64,000 nt of DNA from an uncultured Chloroflexia bacterium (GCA_963743215.1 CAVUOY010000008.1:256275-320274); one strand, 5' to 3'; shown: positions 10,015 through 20,297, counted from the stretch's first letter. The notes: generated from the letters alone by a model not told the origin. Made by a program: numbers and translations.

Positions 10015-10599
10015 CTAGAGCTCTGAGGAATAATCAGAGGATGGGGGGAGTGTACCAAGCTCAGTTGATAATGGAGGCAACTCTTCAAGTGAATTCAAGC
10101 CGAAATGCTGCAGAAAATCAGAAGTAGTGGTGTAGAGTATGGGTCTTCCTGGACGTTCCGCCCGACCGACTTCTTGAACCAATCCCTTGCTAAGGAGACT
10201 TTTTAATACTCCATCCGAGCTAACTCCACGGACGGCATCAATTTCAGGCCGGGTGACGGGTTGTTGGTAGGCAATAATGGCTAATGTTTCAAGGGCTGCA
10301 CGGCTAAGCTTACTTGTAGCTTCTAAACCAAGAAATCGCTCTACATCGGTAGCCATATCGGGGGATGTCGTGAGCTGGACACGACCATGATGGCGCTGAA
10401 GGCGTAAACCGTGGGGTAAATCCTGCGATGCGAATCTTGTTTCAAGTATATCGAGGTGATTTTCAACAACTCTCAGAGGTAGATCGAGCGCGGTAGCCAA
10501 TTGTAATGGCGGAACTGCACCCGTGGCAACGAATAAAAGTGCCTCGATGCGGGCAGTGATCAGATCAGGATTAGATTCCGGGATGGCTTCGTCGGACAT
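10015..10599 (-). CDS. scpB: Segregation and condensation protein B
   Basis: 194-aa ORF. ARIEALLFVATGAVPPLQLATAL and LSRAALETLAIIAYQQPVTRPEIDAVRGVSSDGVLKSLLSKGLV form the two winged-helix ScpB repeats. Confidence 0.85.
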   Translation of the reverse strand: MSDEAIPESNPDLITARIEALLFVATGAVPPLQLATALDLPLRVVENHLDILETRFASQDLPHGLRLQRHHGRVQLTTSPDMATDVERFLGLEATSKLSRAALETLAIIAYQQPVTRPEIDAVRGVSSDGVLKSLLSKGLVQEVGRAERPGRPILYTTTSDFLQHFGLNSLEELPPLSTELGTLPPSSDYSSEL

Positions 10600-10607
10600 G
10601 CTATAAT
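10599..10607 (+). promoter_or_regulatory. Candidate extended -10 element (TGCTATAAT) for the G5 lipoprotein gene
   Basis: TGcTATAAT is read directly at 10599..10607. It lies about 45 nt upstream of the TTG start at 10654, inside the 54-nt divergent scpB/lipoprotein spacer. Confidence 0.35.
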
Positions 10608-10653
10608 GTTTTGTCAGTTTACTTATTTATTGATTAACATAACTGGGTGAACC

Positions 10654-12292
10654 TTGCGATTATACCATCGGACTAATTTTTATTTCCTACGGTCCATTAT
10701 TTTATTATTCTTATCCACTTTTGTCTGGGGGTGTAACGCTGCTCAACCGACGCGAGGGCTAATTACAGTAAGGATTACTTTGGGTGATCAAACTTCACAG
10801 GTAAATATAGCTTCAGGGAGCAATGTACAGGAAGCTCTAAACGCTGCTCAGATTAGTCTTGGCGCACTGGATAGAGTGGACCCGCCTCTGTATACTCTGT
10901 TGATGCAAGAATCTTCAGTTAAAGTGACCAGGGTTAGCGAGGAATATTACAGCGAACAAATTATCATTCCGTTTGAGCAGCAGATTTTGAGAAATGAAGC
11001 TTTGCCCGAAGGGGAACGCCGGTTAAGTCAGGCTGGTGTAAATGGACTGGAGGAAGTGACACACCGGCGAGTCTTTGAAGATAACGTCGAAGTGTCTGAC
11101 TCTATTGATAAAGACAATGATCATCAAAGAGGCGATCCCTGAAATCGTAATCGTTGGAAGTGTGGCAACATTCACATCCGTAAGTATTCCAGGAAAAATT
11201 GCTTACCTTTCAGGTGGAAATGCCTGGATCATTGAAAATAATACCGGCAATCGCAGGAGTGTAGTCGCCACAGGGGATTTGGACGGGAGAATATTTACAC
11301 TATCGAAGAATGGCGAATATCTACTTTATACCAGGTTTTCGAAGGATGAAGAGACAATAAATAGCCTATGGATGGCTTTATTGATGAGGAATCCAGCCCA
11401 ATTGATCGATCTTGGCGTGAAGAATGTCATTCATTTTGCAGAATTTGATCCAAGCTCAACCGTTGTGGCATATTCAACAGCTGATTGGCGCGAAACATCT
11501 CCAGGCTGGCAGGCGAATAATGATTTGTATGAGGTCTCAGTAAACCCGGATGGCCCGAATGGGATACCCTCAATGGTGTTGGGGGCGAACTCAGGTGGGG
11601 TTTATGGGTGGTGGGGTGTGGAATATTCATGGGCGCCTGACCAGGCACAGTTTTTATACACTCGACCGGATGGTATTGGTGTCTTTTACAGAGGCGATGG
11701 TGCCCAAAAATCTATCCTAAGCATCTCTCCTTACCAGTCAGGTGGAAATTGGGCCTGGGTGCCAGGAGCCGCCTGGTCGCCTGATGGAAATGTGATCTAT
11801 GCCGTTAATCATGCGTCCTATAATGGGGATGGCACACAAGATGTTCAGCGGTTCGATTTAGTTGCAATACCGCTGATGGGTGGCTCACCTGTGGATTTGG
11901 TAAAAAACGTCGGCATGTTTGCCTACCCAGAACCATCACCCATGAGCCAAAACAAAGAACTGATTTATGACGAATCTGGAGAGATTCACAACCAGCAAGT
12001 ATTTTCAGTCGCCTACCTACAAGCGATATTCACTGAGCAAAGTGATACGAGTGAGTACAGCTTATATACAATCGATCGAGATGGTTCCAATCAAAAAAAA
12101 TTGTTTCCTGAAGAAGGCGTAACCGGGCTTGATCCACAACATGTCGTTTGGTCACCGGCAGAAATCGGAAATGGGTGGGAATATGCGATTGCAGTCATTT
12201 ATAATGGGAATATCTGGATGATAGACGCCAGAACTGGGGCAGCGCAGCAGATTACAGGAGATGGATTGACCAGCAGGGTCGATTGGAGATAA
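10654..12292 (+). pseudogene. Lipoprotein with a G5 domain fused to a TolB/PD40-like beta-propeller region, one frameshift
   Basis: The signal peptide has a lipobox (LLFLSTFVWGC). The G5 domain reads VKVTRVSEEYYSEQIIIPFEQQILRNEALPEGERRLSQAGVNGLEEVTHRRVFEDNVEVS. It continues in the next frame as MIIKEAIPEIVIVGS (ORF 11075..12292). A Trp/Gly-rich repeat region follows (WAPDQAQFLY, WSPDGNVIYA, WSPAEIG). The shift is near 11113..11119. Confidence 0.65.
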
Positions 12293-12298
12293 ATTGGG

Positions 12299-13258
12299 AT
12301 GAGAATATTAATCACTGGGGCAGCAGGTTTTTTAGGCTCGCATTTATGCGAGCGATTATTATCTGATGGTCATGAAGTTGTCGGGATGGATAATTTCATC
12401 ACCGGCAGTCCTGATAATTTAGCACACTTATCGAGTAATCCAGGATTTTCATTCATCCGGCATGACGTTTCAAACTTCATCTTTGTACCTGGGAAAGTGG
12501 ATGCAGTGTTGCACTTTGCCTCCCCAGCCAGCCCAAACCCAAAATCACCATATGGATATGTGAATTTACCTATCCAGACGATGAAGGCAGGTGCTCTTGG
12601 TACGCATAATACCCTGGGACTGGCAAGGACAAACGGATCCAGGTTTTTGTTGGCCAGCACCAGCGAGATCTATGGAGACCCGTTGGAGCACCCACAAAGC
12701 GAGAGTTATTGGGGACATGTTGACCCGATTGGCCTTCGTTCAGTATACGATGAAGCTAAACGTTTTGCTGAAGCCTTGACAATGGCATATCACCGCTTTC
12801 ATGGGATTGACACTCGAATTGTTCGGATCTTTAACACTTATGGACCCCGTATGCATCTCGATGATGGCAGGGTGGTGCCGAATTTTATCCAACAAGCTTT
12901 ACGGGGAGAAGCACTGACTGTTTATGGAGATGGTCAGCAAACGCGTAGTTTTTGTTATGTGGATGATCTTGTGGATGGGATTACCAGGTTGTTACTTTCG
13001 GACGAGCATTTGCCAGTAAACATCGGTAACCCGGCTGAATTAACCATCTTAGAATTTGCTGAAAAAATAAACAAAATTGTGGGGAATTCTGCCGGGATTG
13101 TTTATAAAGAAGCTGAACGACTGGAGAGTGACCCTCAACGGAGACGACCAGATATCACGCGGGCTCAAACAATTTTAGGATGGGAGCCACACATCGACCT
13201 GGAGGAGGGATTACGTAAAACAATCCCCTATTTTCGGCAGAAATTAGGATTAGGATGA
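12299..13258 (+). CDS. UDP-glucuronate decarboxylase (UDP-xylose synthase), SDR family
   Basis: [37 protein letters not shown] and the YxxxK motif ([15 protein letters not shown]). Length (319 aa) and motif spacing are typical of UXS. Confidence 0.8.
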   Translation: MRILITGAAGFLGSHLCERLLSDGHEVVGMDNFITGSPDNLAHLSSNPGFSFIRHDVSNFIFVPGKVDAVLHFASPASPNPKSPYGYVNLPIQTMKAGALGTHNTLGLARTNGSRFLLASTSEIYGDPLEHPQSESYWGHVDPIGLRSVYDEAKRFAEALTMAYHRFHGIDTRIVRIFNTYGPRMHLDDGRVVPNFIQQALRGEALTVYGDGQQTRSFCYVDDLVDGITRLLLSDEHLPVNIGNPAELTILEFAEKINKIVGNSAGIVYKEAERLESDPQRRRPDITRAQTILGWEPHIDLEEGLRKTIPYFRQKLGLG

Positions 13259-13716
13259 CGGTTTTATTTGCGAAATCGCGTGAAAGAACGCGATTTTTAA
13301 GATTTCTCGTGGTTGGTACAATCGGTGCAGTGGTAGATTTTGGCATTGCCAATTTACTGGTCCGAGTATTTGGGGTTCCATACGTTCTAGCAGGTACGAT
13401 TTCCTTTATTTGTGCCATTTTGAGCAACTTTATATGGAACCGGCTCTGGACCTATCCGGATTCCCGTTCCAAGCCAATCATCAGGCAATTAATTCAATTC
13501 GCGATCGTAAGTGCAACTGGTTTGGTGATTAGAATACCAATATTAAGATTTTTGGAGCCATTAATTACGAAATTATTCCAATACCTGCCGGAGAAGTACC
13601 TTTTCCTTCCTCCCGATGCATTAGGACAAAATGCCACATTAGCTATTGCAGTAATTATCGTTTTGTTCTGGAATTTTTTCGTTAATCGTTATTGGACCTA
13701 TAGCGATGTACAATAA
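13255..13716 (+). CDS. GtrA-family membrane protein
   Basis: 153 aa with four predicted TM segments. Contains [22 protein letters not shown] and [12 protein letters not shown]. It overlaps the UXS stop by 4 nt (ATGA). Confidence 0.75.
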   Translation: MTVLFAKSRERTRFLRFLVVGTIGAVVDFGIANLLVRVFGVPYVLAGTISFICAILSNFIWNRLWTYPDSRSKPIIRQLIQFAIVSATGLVIRIPILRFLEPLITKLFQYLPEKYLFLPPDALGQNATLAIAVIIVLFWNFFVNRYWTYSDVQ

Positions 13717-13774
13717 GGATATATAAGCGATATGAAGGCTAAAAGAGAATTGTTTATAATTGGATAAGTGACCT

Positions 13775-14155
13775 ATGTCTATCGATACTATGCTTGTACC
13801 AATATATACAACTGCGGGAGATGTGGGCGGTTTCCTGGTTTACCCATATATCTTCAGTTGTGAGGGTGAATGGATCGGTTGGATATCTACAGAGCGAATT
13901 GTTTATTCAACCCGGGGCTATTACGTGGGCTGGTTGGCCGAAGGGCCAAGAATTTTGAGGAAAGTAGCCGATGGTTATGACAAACCACGCGTTGATATCA
14001 TCCCTCCATTCACCATGAGAATTAAAACGCCTGCGATCTCCCCATTACCGCCGATGATGCCTGAACTGACTTTTGGTGAGATGGACGTCTTAATGGAGCG
14101 GCCAGATATGTTACCCCCGATCGACTTTGGTGAGAATCGGGAAGATATGGATTGA
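13775..14155 (+). CDS. Small conserved hypothetical protein (tentatively 4-fold beta-flower-like repeat protein with a Pro-rich tail)
   Basis: 126-aa ORF. It has repeated beta-hairpin-like units (GGFLVYPYIFSCEGEWIGWIS, IVYSTRGYYVGWLAEG) and then IIPPFTMRIKTPAISPLPPMMPE. The family assignment is from memory only. Confidence 0.5.
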   Translation: MSIDTMLVPIYTTAGDVGGFLVYPYIFSCEGEWIGWISTERIVYSTRGYYVGWLAEGPRILRKVADGYDKPRVDIIPPFTMRIKTPAISPLPPMMPELTFGEMDVLMERPDMLPPIDFGENREDMD

Positions 14156-14173
14156 TCAGCTACCAGTAACCCG

Positions 14174-15370
14174 ATGACAGACGATAAATCCAATCAAGAC
14201 ATAAAAACTGGAGATTTTCCAGAGATCGAGACCAAATATCGATCTTTGAAGAATCTTATCGAGCATGTATCTGGGAAGAACCTTGGAGAAAACCAAGCCC
14301 AACAAGATAGCGGGCTGGTTGAAACCTTACCTTTTCCCTTTCTGGCAATGGTTGGACAAGTGGAGATGAAATATGCGCTGCTACTAGCATTGATCAATCC
14401 AGCCATCGGAGGGGTATTACTGATCGGCCCGCGAGGCACGGGGAAAACTACTGCCATACGCGGACTGGTGGATCTGCTTCCTGAAATTCCAAGAAGCTTA
14501 TGTTATTATGGCTGCTTGCCAGAAGATGTTGAGACTGGTGGCATCGACGCGGTATGCCCGAATTGTGCCAAGAAGTATGCACGAGGCGAGCCATTGGCCG
14601 CCATGGATAAAATTCGCTTAGTTGAGCTGCCTTTGAATGCCCGGATTGAAGATGTGGTTGGGGCGGCGGATGAAAATTCGATAGGGCAGGAGCAGTTACG
14701 GTTACACCGAGGTATATTAGCTCATGCCGATCGAAATTTGCTACTTGTAGATGAAGTAAATTTACTATCTGATGACGTGGTGGATGCCATTTTAGATGCA
14801 GCAGCTTATGGATCATATACGGTAAAGCGAGGCGCCAATACGGCAACCTACCGGTCACGGTTTGTACTGATTGGTACGATGAATCCTGAAGAAGGTCGGC
14901 TACGGCCTCAAATTATGGATCGGTTTGGATTACGCATCGTGGTGAAGGGGTTGGTCGATAAAGACGAACGCTTAGAAGCCTACAAAAGGGTTCGGGAGTA
15001 CCTGGTAAATCCCCGACAAGTAACGATGGAATATGGAGACGAAACCAGATTAGCACAAGTGGAGGTGCAACTAGCCCGTGAGCTGCTTCCAGAGGTTAAA
15101 ATTCCAGAAAGTATATCCGATCAGGGATTGGACTTAATCCGCTCCTTAAAAATTGATTCTTTACGGGCAGAAATTACCCTGTTCGAAGCGATGCGAGCAT
15201 TTGCTGCTTTGGATAACCGCAAAACAACCGCACCTGAAGATCTTAAAACCATCGCGCCGATGGCTTTACGGATGCGTAGATCTGAATTCATAGAAAAGTA
15301 CCTGACCGATCAATCCAAAGAAGAGAAAGAAATTAATCAGGCAGTAAGGGATACTTTGATAAAGCCATGA
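14174..15370 (+). CDS. ChlI/BchI-family AAA+ ATPase (class I chelatase I-subunit homologue)
   Basis: FPFLAMVGQVEMKYALLLALINPAIGGVLLIGPRGTGKTT (Walker A), LLLVDEVNLL (Walker B) and GTMNPEEGRLRPQIMDRFGL are collinear with BchI/ChlI. It also has a Cys4 insert (CYYGC...CPNC) and an N-terminal extension of about 50 aa. Confidence 0.8.
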   Translation: MTDDKSNQDIKTGDFPEIETKYRSLKNLIEHVSGKNLGENQAQQDSGLVETLPFPFLAMVGQVEMKYALLLALINPAIGGVLLIGPRGTGKTTAIRGLVDLLPEIPRSLCYYGCLPEDVETGGIDAVCPNCAKKYARGEPLAAMDKIRLVELPLNARIEDVVGAADENSIGQEQLRLHRGILAHADRNLLLVDEVNLLSDDVVDAILDAAAYGSYTVKRGANTATYRSRFVLIGTMNPEEGRLRPQIMDRFGLRIVVKGLVDKDERLEAYKRVREYLVNPRQVTMEYGDETRLAQVEVQLARELLPEVKIPESISDQGLDLIRSLKIDSLRAEITLFEAMRAFAALDNRKTTAPEDLKTIAPMALRMRRSEFIEKYLTDQSKEEKEINQAVRDTLIKP

Positions 15371-15386
15371 TCATTGCAGGTAAACG

Positions 15387-15791
15387 ATGAAAAAACTATT
15401 TACAAAGAAAGAAATATCCAAAGTTAAATCCATGCCGATTGACCCAACACAAATGGGCGAACCGTCGAAAGGAGTTGACTTCCTACGCAGGGGAGTAGCA
15501 AATTATGCACGGAAGCAATTTCAATCTGCTGAAGCGGATTTAAGGAAAGCCAGTACATTGGATAATTCGAATATTGATACTTTCTATTGCCTCGGCATGG
15601 TCTATAAGGCTATGGACCGAAAAAATGAAGCAGTCGAAGCTTTTGTACAGGTTCTAAATCTTATCCGAACTGGTGATGAGGTTGATAAGACGAAAAATGA
15701 CATGCTTCGACGATTAGCGCGTGGCCATATTAACGAAATAACACAAGGCGATTGGAATTTGGAGAAGGAAATTTGGCAACGGATCACATAA
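15387..15791 (+). CDS. TPR-repeat protein
   Basis: 134-aa ORF with TPR-like helices (ANYARKQFQSAEADLRKASTLDNSNIDTFYCLGMVYKAMDRKNEAVEAFVQVL). Confidence 0.6.
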   Translation: MKKLFTKKEISKVKSMPIDPTQMGEPSKGVDFLRRGVANYARKQFQSAEADLRKASTLDNSNIDTFYCLGMVYKAMDRKNEAVEAFVQVLNLIRTGDEVDKTKNDMLRRLARGHINEITQGDWNLEKEIWQRIT

Positions 15792-16768
15792 CTCACCGAG
15801 AACGGATAGAAAGATGCTTATCTGGGGAAGTCCCTGATCAAACTCCGGTAGCCCTGTGGAGGCACTTCCCTGTAGACGATCAAACCCCGGATGGACTTGC
15901 ACACGCTATTGTTGAGTTCCAACAGTCATTTGATTTTGACCTGGTGAAGGTAACACCGGCTTCATCATACTGCCTGAAGGATTGGGGAGCAGAAGATGAA
16001 TGGCGTGGTCATCCTGAGGGAACGCGGCAATTTACAGACAGAGTAATCAAATCACCTGAAGATTGGCGTAAATTACCGGTACTCGACCCCTATAAAGGCG
16101 CGCTAAGGGACCAGTTGACATGTTTGAAGCTAATTATTGGCGAGCTTGGACCCGATGTACCTGTCCTTCAAACTATATTCAGCCCGCTGGCGCAAGCAAA
16201 GAACCTTGTAGGTGGTGAGATGTTGCTGGTGCATCTCAGACAATATCCGGAAGCGGTTCTTGAGGGATTGACGACAATCCAAGAGTCGACCAAACGGTTT
16301 ATTGAGGAAGCCAGTAAAACCGGTATCGCGGGGATTTTTTATGCGGTGCAACACGCCAATTATCAGCTTCTATCTGAAACTGAGTACATTCGATTTGGCA
16401 GAAACTTTGATCTTGAAATCCTTGAAGGAAGGCGTGGAAATTGGCTGAATATGCTTCATATACATGGATTAAACATCATGTTCAATCTGTTTACCGATTA
16501 TCCAGTGCAGGTAATCAATTGGCATGACCGTGAAACCGTCCCATCGCTGGCCCAGGGGAAGGTTCTATTCCCAGGCGTGGTATGTGGTGGATTGCAACGG
16601 GAACGTACAATGGAATTAGGCAACCCTGAACATGTATATGCAGAAGCCAACGATGCAATTTCGGCAACTGAAAGGAAACGCTTTATATTGGGAACTGGTT
16701 GTGTTCTTCAAATAACCACCCCAAGGGCTAATATCACGGCTGCCCTACAGGCTGCACGGCGTGAGTGA
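15773..16768 (+). CDS. Uroporphyrinogen decarboxylase (URO-D) family protein, MtaA/CmuA-like rather than HemE
   Basis: ERIERCLSGEVPDQTPVALWRHFPVDDQ plus a full-length URO-D-like TIM barrel (338-aa ORF). The start is uncertain. TTG at 15773 has GGAGAAGGA upstream; the ORF-track TTG is at 15752. Both overlap the TPR gene end. It lacks the HemE PVWxMRQAGR motif. Confidence 0.65.
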   Translation: MATDHITHRERIERCLSGEVPDQTPVALWRHFPVDDQTPDGLAHAIVEFQQSFDFDLVKVTPASSYCLKDWGAEDEWRGHPEGTRQFTDRVIKSPEDWRKLPVLDPYKGALRDQLTCLKLIIGELGPDVPVLQTIFSPLAQAKNLVGGEMLLVHLRQYPEAVLEGLTTIQESTKRFIEEASKTGIAGIFYAVQHANYQLLSETEYIRFGRNFDLEILEGRRGNWLNMLHIHGLNIMFNLFTDYPVQVINWHDRETVPSLAQGKVLFPGVVCGGLQRERTMELGNPEHVYAEANDAISATERKRFILGTGCVLQITTPRANITAALQAARRE

Positions 16769-17363
16769 CCTTAGAATTATTGGTGGAATAGCCCGTGGAA
16801 GGAGAATCCGATCGGTACCTGGTGAGATGACCAGGCCTATTACCGATAAAGTACGGGAAGCGTTGTTCAATATCCTCGGAGCTGACATCCAGGGAGCCTC
16901 GTTACTGGATCTATTTGCAGGAACGGGAAGTGTAGGAATCGAGGCATTGAGCAGGGGGGCAGAATATGTGTGTTTCGTGGAGCTAAATCGCAAACCAATT
17001 GCGATCATCAAAGAAAATTTAAAAAGTACAAAACTTGAAGCAGGTGCGGTTGTAGCCCATGCAGATGCATTTAGCTTGTTGGAACGGCCGATCAACCATC
17101 AATTTGATTATGTATATATTGCTCCTCCACAATATAAAGCATTATGGAGCCGGGCATTGATGACACTTGATAATCATATCGACTGGCTTTCAGAGGATGC
17201 GTGGGTGATTGTTCAAATCCATCCGATTGAATATAAACCCATCGGAGAAGAGATACGGATATTGCATCTGGTCGAGTTTGATCAAAGACACTATGGCAGC
17301 ACTTTATTGGTGTTTTATAGAAAAGCAACTACTGAGCTGGGAAATAGCGATAAGATCAGCTAA
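16761..17363 (+). CDS. rsmD: 16S rRNA (guanine966-N2)-methyltransferase
   Basis: RIIGGIARGRRIRSVPGEMTRPITDKVREALFNILG, LDLFAGTGSVGIEALSRGA and YIAPPQY. The GTG start overlaps the upstream stop (GTGAGTGA). Confidence 0.8.
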   Translation: MSDLRIIGGIARGRRIRSVPGEMTRPITDKVREALFNILGADIQGASLLDLFAGTGSVGIEALSRGAEYVCFVELNRKPIAIIKENLKSTKLEAGAVVAHADAFSLLERPINHQFDYVYIAPPQYKALWSRALMTLDNHIDWLSEDAWVIVQIHPIEYKPIGEEIRILHLVEFDQRHYGSTLLVFYRKATTELGNSDKIS

Positions 17364-17390
17364 TTCATATAGGATATTATTGATCCACGC

Positions 17391-20186
17391 CTAGATATTA
17401 AGCCATTTGACAGCTAATTGGGGGAGCTCATTGACTGAACCCGTCCGGGTGGTGCATGTAGGTAGAGATTCAGTAAAGAGGCGCCCATATCTTTTGGTCA
17501 TAATTCGCCGATCAAAAATAGCGACAATGCCGCGGTCAGATTGCGTGCGGATCAAGCGACCAAAACCCTGGCGGAAACGTAAAATAGCCTCGGGTAACGA
17601 GTATTCACTAAAGGGATCATCAAATGTTTCCGATCGAGCGGCGACAATCGGATCGGATGGAACGTCAAATGGCAGCTTGACGATGATCAGCACCGATAAT
17701 GCCTCGCCAGGGACATCAACCCCTTCCCAAAATGCTCTTGTACCGAACAGTACAGCGTGGTCATCAGCACGAAAGCTTTCGAGGAGGGTACTGGCTGAAG
17801 CCCCCTCACCTTGTTCATAGATGTGTATACCGCTTCTCCCTAGTAATGGACTGATTGATCGGGAGGTGCGCTTTAATTGATCATAAGAAGTAAATAGAAC
17901 CAGAGCCCGTCCACCGGTAGCCTGGCACAATTTCAAGATACCTTGCTCAATCGCACGCTGGTGACCATTCCGATCGGAAGGCTCAGGGATATCATTGGCG
18001 ATGAACAATAATACCGAAGATTCAAAATCGAAAGGTGAGCCGACAGAAAGCTCGTAGGCCTCGTCTGCATTCAACCTGCCGCGAAGATAATTGAACTCAC
18101 CCGCCGCGGTTAGGGTAGCAGAGGTGAGGATGACGGCCGATTTGTCATTCCAGAGGTATTTTTGCATTAATGGACCGATATGTAATGGAGCCGAATTAAG
18201 AGACATCTGCTTGCTATTGGGTTGGATTTCAATCCAATAGATCGAGTCTCCCCGTGGTTCAAAGACCATTCCATCCAAATTACTCTGGATTTCAGTCAGC
18301 CTCATATATAAATTTCTGAGATTGGAAACGACATCATCATCTTCCTCAGGCAAACTCTCCTTGATATCACCCAAGGCCTGGAGCATATTGGCCAGATTTT
18401 CAATCAATGGCTTTAGCGAAGTCTCACATTCTTCCCAGGCTGCTTCGACATCCGCCCAAGCGGGCTGGGTTCGAGTGGCAGGCAATATGCGTTCCTGGTG
18501 GGCATACATACCAATATCGTTGCCTTCACGCTGTTCCAACAGGAATTCTTCAATGGTATGAAAGAAACTTTGGGTGGTGGTTTGGAAGTGAAATGCCAAA
18601 TCGGTCGATTGTTGGATGTAACGATTAATCGCTGCAAAATCGGATGGTGGGATATTTCCTTCGAGAATATTAATAAGTTTGCCTAAAGCCCCTGATTTTG
18701 GGCCCCCAAGCTCCCGAACTGCCCGGTCGATCATCCATTGGGTGATCTTAAAGCTTAATGCATTGGTGGTGGCGTCTTCCAGGTGATGGGCTTCATCGAT
18801 AATCACGTAATTATATTCAGGTAGGACTCGATTGCCTGTAGCGACATCTGCAAGTAATAAGGCATGGTTGACCACCAGAATGTGAGCCGATAGTGCAGCC
18901 TGCCGGGCGCGGTAAAATGGGCAGATTCCACCGCGTTTCAGGCAATTTTCAGTGGTGCAACCTTCATCATCGGCAGATAGGCGCAACCATATATCGCGTT
19001 CGATTGAACCGTTAAGATTAATCTCATTACGATCACCGCTAGATGTGGATTGCAACCATACCAGTACTTTTGCCAATACCCTCATCTCGTCGGCATTATC
19101 AGGACCACGACGGCGAATATTTTCCAAGCGGCGTGGGCATAGATAGTTCGAGCGCCCTTTCATGACTGCAGCGGAAAGGTTCATCCCCATCGCTGAACGC
19201 AAATCTGGGATATCCTTGTTAATTAATTGGTCTTGCAAGTTGATCGTATTGGTTGAGATGACTACGCGCTGACCATTTTTTAGCGCCCATAATGCAGCAG
19301 GTAACAAGTAGGCCATGCTTTTGCCAGTGCCTGTACCTGCCTCAACTAGTAAGTGGCGATTTTCAGTCAGTGCCCGGGTAACTTCGCGCAGCATTTCTAT
19401 TTGTTGAGGGCGGTATTCATAATTGGGAAAATGATGTGAGAATATTCCACCGGGTTCCAAAGCAGAAGCGACTTCATCAGGATCTAAGGATTCTTGCTGG
19501 GGATTAGGAGCAAGGGCGACCAAATCTCGAGCATTATAACCATCAAAAATTGGACCTGCGTAGCCCTGCCTGACCTGTCTGGCTGAAATAGTCTCTTTCG
19601 ACCTGGATCGCAGAAGGTCATAGAAAAAGCCATTACCAGCCCAATCAATCCCCTCACCGAGATGTACGATTTCAGCCAGTAATTGGATCGGCAACTCCAT
19701 GCCGATTTCGTATAGTGATTGATATACTTTTACTGTTGTCTGTGCATCTTGTAGACCACGATGGGATACAAAAACTGTAATATTAAGGATTTGACTTAAT
19801 GCACCCAGGCCATACCTTCCAGCCGATGGAAGCAAGACTGAGGCAATCTCATAGGTATCCAGGGTATCGTTGCCTCTGAAAAGCCCGTGCTTGCGCAGGA
19901 ATGAAAGGTCAAAGCCCACGTTATGACCGAGGATGGAACAATCACCCACGAATTGACGTAGCTCAGTGAGTACATTTTGGATGGCTGGGGATTCCAGGAC
20001 CATGTGATCATTGATGCCGGTAAGTTGAGTTATGAATGGGGGGATTTTCCTACCTGGATTGATCAGAGATGACCATTCGTCATCGATCCGATTGCCATTA
20101 AATCGGACCGCGCCGATCTCAATGATGGCATCCTTTTGAGGGTCCAAGCCGGTAGTTTCAATATCCAGGGCAACGATGGAATCCAT
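17391..20186 (-). CDS. dinG: DinG-type helicase with an N-terminal DnaQ-like 3'-5' exonuclease domain
   Basis: 931 aa. Exonuclease motif ALDIETTGLDPQKDAIIEIGAV, and helicase motifs VEAGTGTGKSMAYLLPA and IIDEAHHLED. The Cys-containing segment (CPRRL...CTTENCLKRGGICPFY) fits the FeS-helicase family. Confidence 0.85.
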   Translation of the reverse strand: MDSIVALDIETTGLDPQKDAIIEIGAVRFNGNRIDDEWSSLINPGRKIPPFITQLTGINDHMVLESPAIQNVLTELRQFVGDCSILGHNVGFDLSFLRKHGLFRGNDTLDTYEIASVLLPSAGRYGLGALSQILNITVFVSHRGLQDAQTTVKVYQSLYEIGMELPIQLLAEIVHLGEGIDWAGNGFFYDLLRSRSKETISARQVRQGYAGPIFDGYNARDLVALAPNPQQESLDPDEVASALEPGGIFSHHFPNYEYRPQQIEMLREVTRALTENRHLLVEAGTGTGKSMAYLLPAALWALKNGQRVVISTNTINLQDQLINKDIPDLRSAMGMNLSAAVMKGRSNYLCPRRLENIRRRGPDNADEMRVLAKVLVWLQSTSSGDRNEINLNGSIERDIWLRLSADDEGCTTENCLKRGGICPFYRARQAALSAHILVVNHALLLADVATGNRVLPEYNYVIIDEAHHLEDATTNALSFKITQWMIDRAVRELGGPKSGALGKLINILEGNIPPSDFAAINRYIQQSTDLAFHFQTTTQSFFHTIEEFLLEQREGNDIGMYAHQERILPATRTQPAWADVEAAWEECETSLKPLIENLANMLQALGDIKESLPEEDDDVVSNLRNLYMRLTEIQSNLDGMVFEPRGDSIYWIEIQPNSKQMSLNSAPLHIGPLMQKYLWNDKSAVILTSATLTAAGEFNYLRGRLNADEAYELSVGSPFDFESSVLLFIANDIPEPSDRNGHQRAIEQGILKLCQATGGRALVLFTSYDQLKRTSRSISPLLGRSGIHIYEQGEGASASTLLESFRADDHAVLFGTRAFWEGVDVPGEALSVLIIVKLPFDVPSDPIVAARSETFDDPFSEYSLPEAILRFRQGFGRLIRTQSDRGIVAIFDRRIMTKRYGRLFTESLPTCTTRTGSVNELPQLAVKWLNI

Positions 20187-20193
20187 GGGTGGG

Positions 20194-20202
20194 ATTATAC
20201 CA
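20194..20202 (-). promoter_or_regulatory. Extended -10 (TGGTATAAT) placed 7 nt upstream of the dinG ATG (leaderless arrangement)
   Basis: The minus strand reads TGGTATAAT-cccaccc-ATG. There is no SD in the spacer. Confidence 0.4.
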
Positions 20203-20269
20203 GTAAGGAATTTGTGACAAGTAGATGGAGAAGGATGAAGAATTTATAAGTACAAGGTTGCAGTATGTC

Positions 20270-20297
20270 AGCGGATAGATTAGCGGATAAGCGGATA
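20270..20297. repeat. Three direct copies of AGCGGATA (20270..20277, 20282..20289, 20290..20297)
   Basis: Read directly: gtcAGCGGATAgattAGCGGATAAGCGGATAaaagcga. The repeats sit in the 236-nt spacer between the M20 dipeptidase 3' end and the dinG start. Confidence 0.6.

Noticed and set aside
14174-15370. Evidence for (bacterio)chlorophyll biosynthesis or phototrophy from the ChlI/BchI homologue
   Set aside because: There are no D or H subunits, no other bch/chl genes and no reaction-centre genes in the window. I-subunit homologues occur widely in non-phototrophs, so only the family assignment is claimed.
20270-20297. Possible mini CRISPR or other repeat array (AGCGGATA x3)
   Set aside because: The units are only 8 nt, two are directly tandem without spacers, and there are no cas genes. 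They are more consistent with protein-binding sites or simple slippage.
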